Shown here: one piece after another, positions 7,031 to 17,899 of the stretch
Numbering within the stretch: position 1 is the stretch's first letter
Layout of the letters: the number at the start of each line of letters is the position of its first letter
Origin: a virus
Taxonomy: Duplodnaviria > Caudoviricetes
IMG/VR virus record: IMGVR_UViG_3300014047_000002
Location: 35,129 to 99,128 of that record
Reading direction: 5' to 3' (one strand)
DNA length: 64,000 nt
Program-made: the position numbers and the translations under genes
The notes under the pieces: generated by a model
Told to the model about the DNA's origin: nothing
Seen by the model: the letters and a program-made list of their open reading frames with translations, nothing else
The model's database searches: none

Positions 7031-7834
7031 TTACTTTCCGAAATGAATGAAATCAACAAGTGCATCAACATTCAAATTCTCAGCCATAACTTCTTGGTCA
7101 TTTACCTCCTTCAAAGCGGCGATAACGGCCTTAAGAACACGGCTTCTACGATCCAAAAGATCTGCCTTCTGACGCTGTGACCATTCACCAGTAAACTTCT
7201 GGAATGTGTAATCACCAGTCTCTACTGTTCTCTTCTTCTGTACAACAGCTGCACGATAGTTCTCAGGAATATTTGCAGGATTAATATTTGGATCCTTCAA
7301 AATAACATCCTCTGTTTCTGTAGTACGTGTAACACCCTTTACCATCTCTGTCTCAAGTACCTCACGATCCTTATACTCCACATTCTTAGAAGGTGTCCAA
7401 ACCTCAGAATCAGAATAAACAGGAATACGCTCATACATTGTAACAAGCTCCTTAGAAGTAAGAATGCTCTTCAAACGCATCAAATCAAGTGCAGTCAACT
7501 CACCAAATGAAACACCATCAACAACGAGTTCAACTTTCTTTGCACCAGCAGAATTTGTAGCCTCTACCTGGAAAACTTCCTTCAAGTAATTCTTTGCTAC
7601 CTTATCACCAAACCAATCAAGCTGTTCCTTAACAGTAGTCTGTACATTTGTAGTACCCTGCTTGGTTGGGTCCTCAGAATAACCCTCACGAGGTGTAAAT
7701 GTTTTCTTCTCACCACGGAAAGCACCCTGACTCTTCTTAAAATACTCAGCATACTCATTTACTTCTTTATTATAAACTGATGCTGAATGATCAACCTTGG
7801 CAAGCAAGGTATTCATCTTTACTGCGTTACTCAT
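7031..7834 (-). CDS. conserved hypothetical alpha-helical protein (267 aa)
   Basis: Long TAG-free ORF with strongly biased codons (AAG, GAG, GGT, CAG); family not verified. Confidence 0.85.
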   Translation of the reverse strand: MSNAVKMNTLLAKVDHSASVYNKEVNEYAEYFKKSQGAFRGEKKTFTPREGYSEDPTKQGTTNVQTTVKEQLDWFGDKVAKNYLKEVFQVEATNSAGAKKVELVVDGVSFGELTALDLMRLKSILTSKELVTMYERIPVYSDSEVWTPSKNVEYKDREVLETEMVKGVTRTTETEDVILKDPNINPANIPENYRAAVVQKKRTVETGDYTFQKFTGEWSQRQKADLLDRRSRVLKAVIAALKEVNDQEVMAENLNVDALVDFIHFGK

Positions 7835-8015
7835 AAATCTAAATTATTTTATTTGTTAATGTTTAAATGTTATATTGTATTTCAAATTAAATGTTTACTT
7901 AATTTTTAAATTTTTTATATCTTTATTTCTAAGTAAATATCTCATTTATTTGAGTTACGAATTAATATATTCTATCTAATTATTAAAGTCTGTTTTTTAA
8001 TTGCTAAAACATATT

Positions 8016-8054
8016 AAAAAGAAAAGACCTCAAAACTTTTTACAGCCTGAGGTC
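8016..8054 (-). terminator. intrinsic terminator of a putative attenuator
   Basis: GACCTCAGGCT-loop-AGTTTTGAGGTC followed by TTTTCTTTTT. Confidence 0.8.
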
Positions 8055-8081
8055 CAAGGGGAATATATGTTGAATAACCGG

Positions 8082-8216
8082 TTATGAATTGCAACACTAT
8101 TTTTTGAACCTCGCTGTACATGCTCCTTCCGCACATTCATATATATAATTAGCTGCGCCGACTGTTGTATTGCCTGCGTAGTTAACTGTATTATATGTAT
8201 TCACGAAATGTTGCAT
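8082..8216 (-). CDS. putative leader peptide (39 aa to TAG; 44 aa to TAA)
   Basis: MQHFVNTYNTVNYAGNTTVGAANYIYECAEGACTARFKK*CCNS; its 3' end GAGGTTCAA is complementary to the terminator 5' arm TTGGACCTC. Confidence 0.6.
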
Positions 8217-8324
8217 GATATTACAATTTATTTTATATAATATATATTCAAAAAACATTCAAAAGTTTTCACATTTTATTAAAAAATTTAATAAATGCTA
8301 ATTTTTTAACATTTTTTTGCAAAA

Positions 8325-9146
8325 TTATTTAAAAAACTTTATTATTCTTTGCTTTCCAAACAATTTTTGTTTATATATTTTATTAGTATTCATCAGTTTT
8401 GATTCCCTTTTTATTATTTCATGATTTGGATAAACGGGAGTAGGATTACCATGATAGCAAACATCCATATATGAACTTGCTAATAATTGTATATTACTAA
8501 AACATATATTTAATGAATCTATATGCTTTGAAAGTACATATGTAAACCAACACTAATCCTAATCATCATATTTTACTTCATTATATAATGTATTATTTAC
8601 ATCTTCTAAAAAAGTTGCAGTTTTATCACATATACGATAACATTGTATAGTACATTCTATAAGCCCTGTATGATTTATATTAAAACCATTTTCTGATGTA
8701 TATCTAATAAAACGCTCCATATATTTTTTATCTAAACCCCTGCCTGTAATCCATACATTATATTCATTTATAAAATCATCTCGATAATTATGAATCATTA
8801 ATAAAGCATCATAATTATTATCATCAATATATTCTACTATAGGTGTAAGTTTTTTATGTATCTGTATAGATGCGTCAACACGTATAACATATTTAGATTC
8901 TGTACTGCACACATCTAATAATTTTGAATATTTTGTAATATATGTTTTCTGAAAACCTGTCAATTTATCTGTATTAAATGCCGCCATATACATAATTTTC
9001 CAGACATTACTTTTTAAATCAGGATTATCGGTAATACAAATATATTCTGCATTTTCATCTACTTCCTCTGGTTCTCGTAACAAATCATAATTATTAAATA
9101 ACATTGTAACAATGCTATATTTAATGGGCTACTTTTTTGTTTTCAT
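8325..9146 (-). CDS. glycosyltransferase-like protein (DUF616/GT-A-like), 273 aa
   Basis: YDLLREP..YICITDN..VIRVDASI..D*CWF(DQ) motifs; start overlaps upstream stop (TAATG); TAG read-through. Confidence 0.7.
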
Positions 9147-11044
9147 TATTTTGTATATCCTGCTTTCTTTTTTAATTCTCCCATAACTTTTAATGCTTCT
9201 GTAATTGTCATAGGATGATGAAGTTGACAATGTAAACGTTCAGAATCTGGCAAATTAAACCAATCTTTTTTTGTATATGGTATTGTCCATACAGTTTTAT
9301 TTTTTACTTCTCTTAATGATGCTGCAATTTCATCTATATTCTGATTTTTCTTATATTCATTCCACATTTTTGTAAGTTCTTTCATCTTCTTTACATCATT
9401 AGTAACACGATCTGCTTCACTTACATCATATGTTTTTACCTAATATATTGGATTAGTAAAATCAACTGTTGCAAAGGGGGTATCTATATATTTTAATAAA
9501 AGATTTTCTCCATTTAATGATTGTATAAATCTTTCCTGAGGAAGATTCATCTCTAATAAACGACTATAGAAAACAGAAGACATTACAACATCATCATATA
9601 CATTTTCTATATCTGCTAATTTCTTTTGTATATATACTGCTTTCAATATTTCCATATTTCTCTTTGAAAAAATCATACACGCTCCAGAAGCATAAAAATT
9701 AAAGCAACTCCAATATGCAGCAAATATTTTAAATGTATATAATATAGAATCATCTGTTTCATCAGCCAAAAAAGAATTCAATAAATCAACATTAACCCAT
9801 GTAGAAGTATTTGTTCTAACAATATAATCATATGTATGACCGGTAGCTTCTAACATCTTTACACCTTCTATATAACGTATAATTAATTGAGAAATATTAT
9901 CTTTACCTTCAACATTCTTAATATAAATTATATGTTTATCTGAATCCATATATGATTCCTTATTAGTATCTACAATAGTCCAGAAATCACAATTTGAAAA
10001 TTCTCCATCAATTATAGGCTTTGCCCATGTTTCTCTACAACATTCATCAAGAGTATTATATAAATTATAGTTACTTGCTGTAGAAGACATATTAATAAAC
10101 AATATTTTCTTATAATCCTTACATGGAAGTAAACGAGTATTTATATCAACTTTTGGATGTATATATTGACGAGGTAGAGATTTAACATCTACTTTATTAC
10201 CAGGCGTATTAAAAAGCATAACTGCTTCTGCTTTTGGTGAATTTGGATCAAATTGTTCAAAAGTATATACTGCTTTATCAATTAAATCATAAAAATTATC
10301 AAAACATTTCTTTGATGACCACATATTTAATTTTTTACGAATATCTGCACGTACCCATGAAAGATGATGCATTTTTACTTCATTCCATTCAAATATATGA
10401 TAATCTACAGTAAAATGTCGAAATTTATAATTTTTACCATCTGCACCCTTTCTTATTTCTTCTCTATCATATGGACGTAAATAACGACGAGTAGGATCTG
10501 AAGGCTTATTAAAATCTACACTTTCAAATCCATACCTATATTTAGTCTTCGTTACAAACGGAACAAACATCCCATCTTTAAAAGGATAAATGAGCACATG
10601 ATTATAATCATGATAATAATTTATATACTAACAATATGTCTACTCATAATCATTTGCATCTATTGCTACCAATCCTCTTAAAAATGATGCATGTGTATAA
10701 TATTCATCAGAATCAATAACTATAATATGGCTGCACCCATGCTGTTCAGCATCTTCTATGATTTTATTTCTCTTATCTGTTTCCTATTCACGTGCATGTT
10801 TATTTAAATCCAACTTAATAGAGATAATTGTATCAATTAAACCATCTTTTTGTAATCTTTCTAATTCCTGTTTATCTATTGCTGGAAGCGGATCTCCATG
10901 ATATGATACATCCTATACACCTACAGAAACATAATCAATTAAATCACGTAATTCAGAAATAATATTATAGAGATGTTCGGTACCTTCAAATGCAACGATA
11001 CCCAACGCAAGTTTCTTGATATTCTACCAATTCTATTTCGCCAT
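9146..11044 (-). CDS. two-domain glycosyltransferase, 632 aa
   Basis: N-terminal GT-A IIVIDSDEYY..MHHLSWVR; C-terminal galactosyltransferase-like YDYIVRTNTSTWVN..YASGAC..DDV; joined through TAGs. Confidence 0.75.
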
Positions 11045-11112
11045 ATTTTACTTTATTCATTTATAGTTTAAAAATTATATATAATAAATATTTAAAAGTT
11101 TTGGTAATTTAA

Positions 11113-12747
11113 ATGAACGAATCCTTTGATTTCAATAAAGTTAGAGATAATAAACCTTCAATAGCAGGAGTTATTAAAAAAACAGCAATAACATTAATAG
11201 AAGAAAATGTATTGCCATTATTTAATAATCTTCGCCCTGATTATAAAGAACGCTATAGATTTATTCCTGAGCATCGTTTTATTGGGAATAAATGTGAATT
11301 ATTATATCAGAATAAGGTTATTATAGATTTTACTTTTGGATATGATTATATAGAAGAATTGAATGTTTATGATACTACTAGATTAACAGTTGTAGGATAT
11401 AATGGTTATATTCAGGATGTAAGTGTTATATTTTATGTTATCCGTCAAATTCCAATACCTATAAAAACATTAAATTTCTGTTATGATAGCAGTAAATATC
11501 CGGCATATAAATTTGAAGGCGATATTGCTCATGATGAAATGAGAGATCTTACAAGAATAATGGAGGATTATACAGATAGTTTACCTGAACACATTACATT
11601 TAATAGCAAATATATAGACTTATATAATTTACGTTTTGAAAATGAAAATGCTATTAAAAAATTCCTTTATAAAATAAGAAAAGATAATGGTGAACAAAAA
11701 TATGAAATAAAGCAATGCATCTTTATTACAGAGACTCCTCCAGAATTTAGAGGCTTGCCTGGTACTTCTCGTAGTAAAGGTACAACTTCTAAATTAATAA
11801 GGAAATATATCAAAGCACCAGTAAACACATTATTAGAAGGATTTGATTTTGATTCTATTGATAAAAAGAAGATAATGCCAAGTTTATCTATGAAAGATAA
11901 GGTATTATTATTTGATAACTTTTTAAAAGACCTTTATAATAAACATATTTTAACAGGAATGCAATATGGTAACAAATATTTTTCAGATGCATGGTCAAAG
12001 GCAAAATCAGATTAGGAATTTAATGGAACCTATTATAAATGTGAGGCTGATGGAGATCATTTAAATGTAGAATTAAATTATATAAATTTATATTTTCAGT
12101 CTCCAGAAGATTATAATCAATTCTGTGAAGATATTAAAATATTCAAAGATATAAGAATTGATGGTTAGCTAAGTATCTATATGAAAACATTAAGTTTACG
12201 TATGCAACGATTAGAAAACTTTGGAGAATTAGGGAAAACTATTACTTTTGTAAAAGAGTTAGATATAAACAATCTTATATTACATGATTTTGAAGGAATG
12301 CCAGAGGTTGAATCATTTAAAGCAAATAGAACGACTATATTCACATTTAATCATTTTAAATATAATGATAGTGTAAATAATATAGAATTATATTATAAAC
12401 CTGGACAGCATTGTGTTATTGATTGGAATGGATTTCCTAAGAAAATTTATGGATTATTTTCATATACACTTGACACTGATATAGATTCTACTTCTGGAGG
12501 CTATATAATAGCATTTCAAAAACATTTAACAACATTTAAAGGGTTTCCAGAAGATTTTATGTTTGTAACAAATCCCACAGATATTATGAAAGTTGGACAA
12601 CCGAATTTTATAGATATTAATATGCCAAAATGGGAAAGAGATAAAATAAAAGAACATATAATGGATCTACTCCTTTAGGAATTCCCTAATAAACAGAAAA
12701 GAGATAAATTATATAAGAGATTAACAAAAATATATCGTTACAGATAA
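11113..12747 (+). CDS. hypothetical protein, 544 aa
   Basis: ORFs 11113 and 12181 in one frame joined through TAG; repeated E-x-FDF motif. Confidence 0.8.
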
Positions 12748-12749
12748 TT

Positions 12750-13319
12750 ATGGCTCAAAATATAAATAAAGATTATAAAAAGAAACATAAACCGCTATCT
12801 GAATAGAAATCACATTTCCATCAAGGTTATTATATTCCAAGAAACAGAGAAAAATGTTTAACTGCAGAAAATATATACAGATCTAGTTGGGAAGCAAAAT
12901 TCTTCAGATGGTGTGATGATTGCCCTTAGGTTATTCGATGGGCAAGTGAGCCTGTTGCAATAAAATATAAAAATCCCGTTGCTAATTTAGAATATTGTGT
13001 TAAAAATAATTTAAACCCAAATGATCCAAGATACTGGAAAATATGTAATTATTATACAGATGTATGGATTGAATTATAGACACAATCAGGAAATATAAGA
13101 AAGATTTTTATAGAGATAAAGCCATATGCACAAACACAGATGCCAAAACCTTTACAAGAAGGTGCATCATTAAAAGAGCATAAAGCATTTAACAGAGAGG
13201 CAGAAACATATTTAGTGAATAAAGCAAAATGGGAAGCTGCTGCAAAAGAATTTAATGCAAGAGGTGCAGAATTTATGGTAGTAACAGAAAAGACATTATC
13301 AAAGTTAGGATTATTATAA
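12750..13319 (+). CDS. head completion nuclease (T4 gp4-like, TnsA-type fold), 189 aa
   Basis: YRSSWEAKFFRWCD..WASEP..YYTD..IEIKPYAQT..NKAKWEAA..VTEKTL; missed by the ORF track because of TAGs. Confidence 0.85.
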
Positions 13320-13324
13320 AAATT

Positions 13325-13352
13325 AAAGGTGAGAAAATTAATTCTCACCTTT
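13325..13352. terminator. hairpin between convergent genes
   Basis: AAAGGTGAGAA/TTCTCACCTTT inverted repeat. Confidence 0.6.
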
Positions 13353-14504
13353 CTTTATATTAAACATAATCAATAAACTTATAAAGTATAATACTGCAAG
13401 TATTCCGAATAATGATTCATAACTCCAATGTAAAGTATTCAATACTAAATTAGAAATCTGATTACCGGATAATCCTGCCCATGCCCATGCAGATAATGCA
13501 AATCCATGTATTGTACTTATTTGTGTCATACCAAATTTACTCTGTAAAAGTGTTGGAAGTGTAGAAAAACCTCCACCATAACCTGCATTAATAATACATA
13601 ACATTGCCGGTATAAACAATAACCAAATACATCCCATCAACATTCCTATAAAAGAACTTGCAAAGATTACTATATAAATCCATTCTTTCCTATCTACAAA
13701 ATCCGAAGATGTTGAATAACCAAATCTTCCTATTGTATTAAACAATGCAGTAAATGCTGCAAGAATTCCTATATTAGTTAATCCGGCATAAAGTCCGATA
13801 GATTTCTCAAATGAAATCAATGCCAAACCACATGTAATATTCAAATAGAAAATCAGCCATATTTTCAAATATGTATAATCTGAAATAATATGCCAATAAT
13901 CTTTTATATTATGTTTTATTTGTGGTTCTTTCCAATCCAACGGTTTTCTTATCAAATATGTTGCACATGACATTAATACAATACTAATTAACGCCATAAT
14001 TATTAATGTATGATAAATGGAATGAGCATTATTACACCATTCAATAAAAGGTGAAAATAATACCTTTGATAATCCAAATCCAGAAATAGCAATACCTGTA
14101 GCCAATCCTTTATGCTTACTAAACCAAAGCATCAATGTTTTTACCGGTGACAAATATCCTATTCCTAATCCAATACCCATTAAACATCCATAACTAAGCA
14201 TAAGACCTAACACGCTATGCATCATAATAGATACAACAGATAATCCTAAGCCTCCTGTAAAACATAGCATGGATATAAATGATGATTGCTTTACATTTTT
14301 TTCAACAAACGTTCCACCAAACGCTGCAGACATACCCAAGAAAAATATAGCAAGAGAAAAAGCAAACTCTATACTAGACACTGTACAACCTATTTCTTGA
14401 GCAATCTCATCTTTTAAAAGTGACCAGCAATAAACACTGCCGATACATGAATGCAGTAAGAGTGCGGGTACTGCTGCCCTTAACCATTTATTTTCAAGAC
14501 TCAT
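13338..14504 (-). CDS. MFS transporter, oxalate/formate antiporter (OFA/OxlT-like) family
   Basis: About 12 TM helices; motifs GSVYCWS, GIGLGIGYLSPVKTLMLWF..KGLATGIAISGFG, YGGGFSTLP. Confidence 0.9.
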   Translation of the reverse strand: MSLENKWLRAAVPALLLHSCIGSVYCWSLLKDEIAQEIGCTVSSIEFAFSLAIFFLGMSAAFGGTFVEKNVKQSSFISMLCFTGGLGLSVVSIMMHSVLGLMLSYGCLMGIGLGIGYLSPVKTLMLWFSKHKGLATGIAISGFGLSKVLFSPFIEWCNNAHSIYHTLIIMALISIVLMSCATYLIRKPLDWKEPQIKHNIKDYWHIISDYTYLKIWLIFYLNITCGLALISFEKSIGLYAGLTNIGILAAFTALFNTIGRFGYSTSSDFVDRKEWIYIVIFASSFIGMLMGCIWLLFIPAMLCIINAGYGGGFSTLPTLLQSKFGMTQISTIHGFALSAWAWAGLSGNQISNLVLNTLHWSYESLFGILAVLYFISLLIMFNIKKGEN

Positions 14505-14985
14505 TCGTTAATGTTTTAGTATATAAATTATTCATATATTCTACCATTTCCTCCCTTGAATTAAATAATTCTTTCATATCTGGCAAAACCAATTTACATT
14601 TTTCTTTACCATCATAATAAAATATATCTCGTCCAAATACTGATTCTACTTTATATTCTGGTTCACCAAAAGCTAATCCAACATTCAGTAAATATTGTTT
14701 TAACCATGGAAAATTAGTATCTTCTGCTACTTTATAACCTGACACTGCTTCATCTTCATCTTGTGGATTAACTTGTACAAATTCATCATCCCAATTAAAG
14801 ATATAACATAATACTAAGAAATATAATTCATCATTCAATAAATCATCCAATTCTATTGTATCATGCATTTCAGACTCATCATCAAATTCACAGATAATAT
14901 GAACTTTATACCATTCTCTTTGTGGTTTTCTTAATTGCACAATTTTTACTTTACTTGCATACTTCGTCTCTAGATATTCCGTCAT
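14494..14985 (-). CDS. hypothetical protein
   Basis: Tightly packed operon ORF, TAG-free. Confidence 0.75.
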   Translation of the reverse strand: MTEYLETKYASKVKIVQLRKPQREWYKVHIICEFDDESEMHDTIELDDLLNDELYFLVLCYIFNWDDEFVQVNPQDEDEAVSGYKVAEDTNFPWLKQYLLNVGLAFGEPEYKVESVFGRDIFYYDGKEKCKLVLPDMKELFNSREEMVEYMNNLYTKTLTNES

Positions 14986-15418
14986 AATCTTCGTAATTTA
15001 AATCCCAATCTTTTCTAAAATCCCACATAAAGGCTTCATAGTCCTGAAGCCTCCAACAACGCTCTTCATTAATTTCTTTTAGTCGATCTTTACATGCTTG
15101 TCTATGAGGTCCTAAGTTAGTTAATGCTAATTGTTTATCATATTCCTCAATACATAAATCAAATATTATATTCTTTATCTTTTCTATATTTGTTTTACGT
15201 ATATCCAAATAATCCAATTTATCACTTGGCTCATGATTATGATAAACTGTATCTCTATAATATTCTGGTTCTGACATTAATTCATATTTAAAGTTATTAA
15301 TAGATTTTTTAAAATCTTTTAAATAATTTCTATGTATTTTATGAATATCTTTTAAAAAACTTTTATTAATTTGATTAAATCTATTATATAATTCTAATAG
15401 TTTTTTATCTTTTTTCAT
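14951..15418 (-). CDS. hypothetical protein
   Basis: Overlapping start/stop in operon. Confidence 0.75.
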   Translation of the reverse strand: MKKDKKLLELYNRFNQINKSFLKDIHKIHRNYLKDFKKSINNFKYELMSEPEYYRDTVYHNHEPSDKLDYLDIRKTNIEKIKNIIFDLCIEEYDKQLALTNLGPHRQACKDRLKEINEERCWRLQDYEAFMWDFRKDWDLNYEDYDGISRDEVCK

Positions 15419-15687
15419 TTTAATATAGTTTCTTTTAATAAAATAAGTGTATGATTTAATCCATAATCATTTATATCATATACACAATAATATTCATCAT
15501 CCATATCATCAAATAATTCCCTATTTCCATTCTGCCAATATGGATTTGTTTTTTTATCTAATGTTACCTCTCTTTTAAATCTCTTTTTCGCTTTTTCTTT
15601 ATCAGTAGTAGTTATTAATAAATTTATTGCATCACACCCATCTTTAACTTCAACTTTTACTACTGTATAGATTTTCGTCTGTTCCAT
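15415..15687 (-). CDS. hypothetical protein
   Basis: Probable start MEQTK; ATGA overlap with next gene. Confidence 0.7.
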   Translation of the reverse strand: MEQTKIYTVVKVEVKDGCDAINLLITTTDKEKAKKRFKREVTLDKKTNPYWQNGNRELFDDMDDEYYCVYDINDYGLNHTLILLKETILK

Positions 15688-16204
15688 AAAAAGGTTCCTC
15701 ACAATTTTTATCATCAAATACAAATTTCACCTCACCAAAACCTGTATCATCTACCTCTCCATCTTCCTCAAAAAATAATTTATCTTTTAAATATATGTCT
15801 CCATCTTTTACAATTAAGTCAAATCCAAAACGATACATATATTTACTGATTTCCTTCATTATCCATTTTGCTTGTTTTTTACGATCATCATCCCAGCAAA
15901 CAGAAGGTTGCCAATTTTCTGCTCCGCGAAATCCCATCTCTGATAATTTCTTTCTTGCAGATTCCAATGTTTCATTAGATAATGACATATCTTGAATAAC
16001 TTTATAGAAATCATATGGACGATATGAATGTTTACCAGCTAAAAAATCTTCAAAATGTGTTACATCATAATCTTCTACCCCGAACTTTCTTGTCATAAGT
16101 TCTTTAAGTTCATCCTTTGTTAAATTCCAATCTGTAAATGTATCAACAACAGAACTAAAACGCGCATATTTTCCGTTTGGTTGTTTTGTAATAACGGCTC
16201 CCAT
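15650..16204 (-). CDS. hypothetical phage protein
   Basis: N-terminal KQPNGKYARFSSVVD motif; operon context. Confidence 0.8.
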   Translation of the reverse strand: MGAVITKQPNGKYARFSSVVDTFTDWNLTKDELKELMTRKFGVEDYDVTHFEDFLAGKHSYRPYDFYKVIQDMSLSNETLESARKKLSEMGFRGAENWQPSVCWDDDRKKQAKWIMKEISKYMYRFGFDLIVKDGDIYLKDKLFFEEDGEVDDTGFGEVKFVFDDKNCEEPFYGTDENLYSSKS

Positions 16205-16215
16205 ATTATTAATTA

Positions 16216-16533
16216 TTAATTATTAAACATCAAATAATCTTGATATACAATTTTAAAAAGTAAATTACATTCATCTATAGCACCTTGGTAATGTACTTTA
16301 TTCTTATTTTCTTGATTATCCTTACATTCTTTTATAGTATCAGTAAGCCAATCAAATATATTATGTATATTAAAATTTTTTTGCGTTTGAAGAAAACAAT
16401 CAAAATCATCATTAATTGATATTCTTCCAGAAAAATAATCAATATCATAATCATTATCTGAAAGATCACACATAAGTTGCCAGTGATTCTTCTGAGCAAA
16501 ATTATACATTCGTATAGTCTCTAATGTTCTCAT
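16216..16533 (-). CDS. hypothetical protein
   Basis: Operon ORF. Confidence 0.7.
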   Translation of the reverse strand: MRTLETIRMYNFAQKNHWQLMCDLSDNDYDIDYFSGRISINDDFDCFLQTQKNFNIHNIFDWLTDTIKECKDNQENKNKVHYQGAIDECNLLFKIVYQDYLMFNN

Positions 16534-16539
16534 ATTCTT

Positions 16540-16821
16540 TTAATCCTTTAAATCTACTATATCTTCTAAATCTACTAAAAACGTTTTTATTTTGTTTTTC
16601 TTTTTAATAGTAATTTCCAATTTTTTCTTTGCTGCTTTTAAAGCTTTTTGTTTACATTCCTCATTAGGAAAATAAAATATTGCCGGTCCATGTGATCCTG
16701 GAAAATCTGGATATTCTACACAATTCTTTTCAATATTATATGTTTGAGGATAAAAAGAATTATCATATAATTTCTTAAAAAGCTTTAAATGCTGATACTC
16801 TTCTTCAGATATATTTTTCAT
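16540..16821 (-). CDS. hypothetical protein
   Basis: Operon ORF. Confidence 0.7.
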   Translation of the reverse strand: MKNISEEEYQHLKLFKKLYDNSFYPQTYNIEKNCVEYPDFPGSHGPAIFYFPNEECKQKALKAAKKKLEITIKKKNKIKTFLVDLEDIVDLKD

Positions 16822-17074
16822 CTCTGATTTCTGGATTTAATAATTGACTGTTTAACTTCTTCTTTTTATATTCTAATTTATTAATTTTAGAATCTAATTG
16901 ATATATTTCTTCTTTTATTTTCTTATGAAGTTTTTGTTTTGCTTCAATAATAGTTTCAGAATATAAATCTTTATTTTCTTGATAATTATCAGTATTTAGA
17001 TCTATCATTATAGATTCAATCCAATACTGATTATTCTTTTTATTTGAATTAATAACCCAATATTTCTTTTTCAT
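16805..17074 (-). CDS. hypothetical coiled-coil protein
   Basis: Operon ORF. Confidence 0.7.
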   Translation of the reverse strand: MKKKYWVINSNKKNNQYWIESIMIDLNTDNYQENKDLYSETIIEAKQKLHKKIKEEIYQLDSKINKLEYKKKKLNSQLLNPEIRDEKYI

Positions 17075-17075
17075 A

Positions 17076-17336
17076 TTATTCCTCTGAAGTTGATTTAATC
17101 ACTGTTTCATCATTATCATTAACAGTAATTCTACCATCAAGACATGCGGTAATAAAATTATGTATTGCTTCACCACTTGCCTTTGCATTCTTTTCAAGAG
17201 AATCTTCAAACCACTTAATACGTTCTTTGAGCTTTTTATTCTCCTCTTCTAATTCCTTATTTTCATCTATAAGTTGTTCTACTGCGCTGGTAATATCCCA
17301 TAAAGGTAATAATCTCTCTAATATTTTTGATTCCAT
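17076..17336 (-). CDS. hypothetical coiled-coil protein
   Basis: Operon ORF. Confidence 0.7.
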   Translation of the reverse strand: MESKILERLLPLWDITSAVEQLIDENKELEEENKKLKERIKWFEDSLEKNAKASGEAIHNFITACLDGRITVNDNDETVIKSTSEE

Positions 17337-17342
17337 AATAAA

Positions 17343-17642
17343 TTATCTTTTATGTTTAAGCCATTCCAAAAATTCACTAAGGTTTACTCTTACTTCCTCA
17401 ACACCTATCCCTGTTTCGCTACATTCATCAAAGAAACTAATAGTTACTACAATAATATCATTATATTCAATATAGCTGATACCTGTAACATGTGGTTCTT
17501 CTTCAGACATTTGTGATATATCTAATTCATAATCATCTATAATTCGTTTAATATCTTTTTTAAGATATTTCTCTAAATAAGTATAAAGTTCCCTTGTTTT
17601 CTTAATACAAAGCTCAAACTCTTTAATTGTACTTTCTTTCAT
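17343..17642 (-). CDS. hypothetical protein
   Basis: Operon ORF. Confidence 0.7.
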   Translation of the reverse strand: MKESTIKEFELCIKKTRELYTYLEKYLKKDIKRIIDDYELDISQMSEEEPHVTGISYIEYNDIIVVTISFFDECSETGIGVEEVRVNLSEFLEWLKHKR

Positions 17643-17653
17643 AATTAATTATT

Positions 17654-17899
17654 TTACATTGATGTTGATCCTAACCATGAAAATGAATTTCTTGCAGCTG
17701 CTTCTGCTCTATCAGAAACCTCACGTTCACATTCATGAAATTTACTATAAGTATCATCAAAATTAGGATATTGTAAATTATGAGTATCTAAATACTCTTT
17801 AAATGCTTCATATTTTTTACAAAGAGCACGTACCCTACATTCATAGGTTCTATGTCTAAATCCTGTATATTCTCCTGTACAATATGTACGTTCTTTCAT
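17654..17899 (-). CDS. hypothetical protein
   Basis: TAATG coupling with upstream gene. Confidence 0.7.
   Translation of the reverse strand: MKERTYCTGEYTGFRHRTYECRVRALCKKYEAFKEYLDTHNLQYPNFDDTYSKFHECEREVSDRAEAAARNSFSWLGSTSM

Noticed and set aside
13052-13348. Minus-strand 98-aa ORF and similar shadow ORFs (e.g. 18266, 29721, 37040, 44055, 54063)
   Set aside because: Antisense to well-supported genes.
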